Source: Minisyncoccota bacterium
GTDB lineage: Bacteria; Patescibacteriota; Minisyncoccia; JAHIHE01; JAGLIN01
Assembly: GCA_041661265.1 (NCBI GenBank)
Contig: JBAZUT010000005.1
Coordinates: forward strand, 27,038 to 91,037
DNA: 64,000 nucleotides
Direction of reading: 5' to 3'
Each line of letters opens with the position of its first letter. The first letter of the stretch is position 1. Below are positions 61,751-64,000 of the stretch, in pieces. The notes below the pieces were generated by a model. The model saw only the letters and a program-made list of their open reading frames with translations, was not told the origin of the DNA and did no database searches. A program made the position numbers and the translations under genes.

Positions 61751-62686
61751 TTATCCCTCCTTCAAATATTTATATGCGCTTGTGGCCGAGATCGCTCCTT
61801 CCGAAACGGCAGTTACGACTTGTCTCAAGCTGTTTGATGCGTTCGTGATGTCTCCTGCGGCAAAAACCCCCTTCACATTCGTCGAGCCGTCTGCACTGAT
61901 CCTTATGCAGCTGCTCTCGTCTATTTCGACATTCAGCTCTTTCAGAAGGCTCGTGGAAGGAACCGCTCCGATCTCGATGAATACTCCATCCAGTTTGATG
62001 ATGTTGCTTCCTTCGTGCACACTGTCTATTTCGATCGACTCAACCTTCGTACTTCCCTCCACTTTAATGACGTTGGTATTGTAAATTATTTCAACGCTGG
62101 GGTTTTCTTCAAGCCTTTCTTCCACGATAGGCTCGCATCTGAGGGGCTTTCCCCTATATATCAAAAAAACTTTCTTGGCGTGTTCGGAAAGCATGGTCGC
62201 CGACATAGCCGCCGCATTGCTCCCGCCCACGACAGCCACGGTTTTGCCCTTAAAAAAAGCACCGTCGCACACAGCGCAATAGCTGACGCCCTTTCCCAAA
62301 AGCTTTTCCTCTCCCGGAATATTCAATTTCTTGTGTTTCGTCCCAAGCGCTATGATAAGAGACTTGGATTCCAGGATCTTATTTGAACTTGTTCTCACAA
62401 AAAAAATATCTCTTCCGGTATCAGTTTTTTTGGGACTTTTATTTATCTCGACAGCCTCTTCGGAAATGAATTCGTTGCCCAATTCCTTTGCATGATTATA
62501 GAATTTCATGATCAATTCCGAACCGGTTATCGATCTTTCTCCGGGCCAATTCTCGATCATATGCGCTTTTGGGACCGATCCGTCAAAAACATTTCCGACT
62601 ACAGCATGGTTTATTTTATACCTTGATGCATATATGGACGCCGCAAGCCCCGCAGGACCTGCTCCTAAAATAATTAGATCGTACAT
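61751..62686 (-). CDS. trxB: Thioredoxin reductase
   Basis: GAGPAG, GVSYCAVCDG, FAAGD. Confidence 0.92.
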   Translation of the reverse strand: MYDLIILGAGPAGLAASIYASRYKINHAVVGNVFDGSVPKAHMIENWPGERSITGSELIMKFYNHAKELGNEFISEEAVEINKSPKKTDTGRDIFFVRTSSNKILESKSLIIALGTKHKKLNIPGEEKLLGKGVSYCAVCDGAFFKGKTVAVVGGSNAAAMSATMLSEHAKKVFLIYRGKPLRCEPIVEERLEENPSVEIIYNTNVIKVEGSTKVESIEIDSVHEGSNIIKLDGVFIEIGAVPSTSLLKELNVEIDESSCIRISADGSTNVKGVFAAGDITNASNSLRQVVTAVSEGAISATSAYKYLKEG

Positions 62687-62739
62687 GTTAAGTTCTTATT
62701 TCCAATTATGTTGAATTTACTCAGCCGATATGATCGTGA

Positions 62740-62934
62740 TTACTTTTCTACAAATTTTATAGCCCCCACCGGACAGCCGTGCATCGCTATCTCACAATCG
62801 CATTTGCTGCATCCGTCTTCATTAATAACCGCCGCTTTTCCCTCAGCCTGAAGCTGGAAAACTTCCGGACAGAGATTCTCGCACGCACCGCACCCAATGC
62901 ACAATTCCTGATCAACTGTTATTTTTTTTGCCAT
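62740..62934 (-). CDS. Monocluster ferredoxin
   Basis: CIGCGACENLCPEVF ... CPVGAI. Confidence 0.92.
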   Translation of the reverse strand: MAKKITVDQELCIGCGACENLCPEVFQLQAEGKAAVINEDGCSKCDCEIAMHGCPVGAIKFVEK

Positions 62935-62963
62935 ATTATATTTTTATTTATTGATTATTTTTC

Positions 62964-63293
62964 CTATTGAGCGATTCCCAGCAAATTATTTATCTTTTCA
63001 ACCAGCATGTCTTTCGGCTTCAGGCCCGTCATTTCATCAACGATCTTGCCTTCCTTGAAGAATTTCAGGGTCGGAATGCTCAATATTTCATAGTCGCTTG
63101 CCGTTTTCGGATTCTCGTCGACATTAAGCTTATAAACCTTTATCCTTCCCTCAAACTCCTTGGCCACCTCTTCGATGATAGGTCCCATCATTTGACAAGG
63201 ACCGCACCATGGCGCCCAAAAATCAACCAGCATTATACCTGCTGACCTTAGCACTTCTTGTTCAAAGTTCTTGTCGGTAATATTTATATCCAT
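62964..63293 (-). CDS. trxA: Thioredoxin
   Basis: DFWAPWCGPC, SIPTL; start trimmed to MDINITD. Confidence 0.96.
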   Translation of the reverse strand: MDINITDKNFEQEVLRSAGIMLVDFWAPWCGPCQMMGPIIEEVAKEFEGRIKVYKLNVDENPKTASDYEILSIPTLKFFKEGKIVDEMTGLKPKDMLVEKINNLLGIAQ

Positions 63294-63487
63294 AATTTTT
63301 TCCTTTCGCATTTTCACCAAACCCTTCCGCTATGAAGATCTATCGCCTTTGAATCTTTGAGCCAATCAAAGCAGATAAACCTTCCGGGGTTTGATCTTTT
63401 AATTTGTTATTGATAAAGTTTATTGTTATAATATGAGAAAGTAAGCCTTGAATTGATATATTTAATAATATAACAAAAACATAATAA

Positions 63488-64000
63488 ATGCAAACAAAAA
63501 TAATCATCATCGGAGCAGGTCCTGCGGGCCTATCCGCTGCAATAGAACTCAAAAACAAAGGAGATTTTGATGTAACGATCCTGGAAAGAAAACCGGGCAT
63601 CGATTACAAAATATGCGCCGGAGGCATAGAATACGACTTCCTGAAACGATATCTTTCTGAAAGCATCATTGAGAAAAATTTCTACACCCTAAGATTCACA
63701 ACTCCCGGTGATTCCATTTGCATAAAGAAAGACTTCGTCATGATCTCAACGGTAAATAGAAGAACCTTGCATGAATACTTGGCCCAAAAAGCCATAAATT
63801 CCGGCGTAAAGATCATTTTCGATCAAAATCTCAAGGATATAAGCAACAACACCGCAATAACTCATTCAGGAAACGCGTATAAGTTCGATTATTTGATCGG
63901 AGCCGATGGCAGCAACTCCGCCGTAAGAAAAAAGCTGAAATTGGATTCAAAAAGAATAATAGCGGCATTCCAATATATCGTAAAATGCGACTATCCGGAC
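63488..64000 (+). CDS. NAD(P)/FAD-dependent oxidoreductase, geranylgeranyl-reductase-like (runs off window)
   Basis: MQTKIIIIGAGPAGLSAA...KICAGGI...LIGADGSNSAVRK. Confidence 0.82.
   Translation, partial: MQTKIIIIGAGPAGLSAAIELKNKGDFDVTILERKPGIDYKICAGGIEYDFLKRYLSESIIEKNFYTLRFTTPGDSICIKKDFVMISTVNRRTLHEYLAQKAINSGVKIIFDQNLKDISNNTAITHSGNAYKFDYLIGADGSNSAVRKKLKLDSKRIIAAFQYIVKCDYPD

Noticed and set aside
63317-63394. SRP (4.5S) or 6S RNA
   Set aside because: CCGGAAGG is present but the SRP domain IV context is not, and the element is much shorter than typical 6S RNA.

Overview
Chromosomal segment of a bacterium that looks like a CPR/Patescibacteria (Parcubacteria-like) organism. This is inferred from the short AtpH, the coiled-coil lytic transglycosylase, the pilin-like proteins and the fermentative gene set; the genetic code is 11. 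It carries an F-type ATP synthase operon, prmC, rplY, murE, a P-type ATPase, glycosyl/methyltransferases, dsbA-lgt and uvrC. A large fermentation/energy cluster follows: porCD, ackA, pduL, pfkB, gpmI, eno, pgk, gap, fba, tpiA, gdhA, trxB-fdx-trxA, a group 3b [NiFe]-hydrogenase and a six-gene complex-I/Ehr-like membrane complex. The most unusual observations are: (1) the Ehr-like complex appears to lack canonical redox cofactor sites, with the large subunit missing both Ni-Fe CxxC motifs, the small subunit having 3 of 4 [4Fe-4S] cysteines replaced by Thr/Asp/Asp, and no ferredoxin subunit; (2) it is preceded by a riboswitch-like leader with mutually exclusive terminator/antiterminator pairings; (3) about 12 long imperfect palindromes built of 7-nt repeats sit at gene junctions of the energy operons, two of them enclosing probable remnants of four-helix-bundle genes and one lying in-frame inside gdhA; (4) small accessory genes and elements (RAYT, DUF559, Bro-N, Mrr-like, self-promoted antisense genes) occupy slots between housekeeping genes. 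No rRNA, tRNA, CRISPR array, integrase or reverse transcriptase was recognised. All calls come from motif recognition only; no searches were run.
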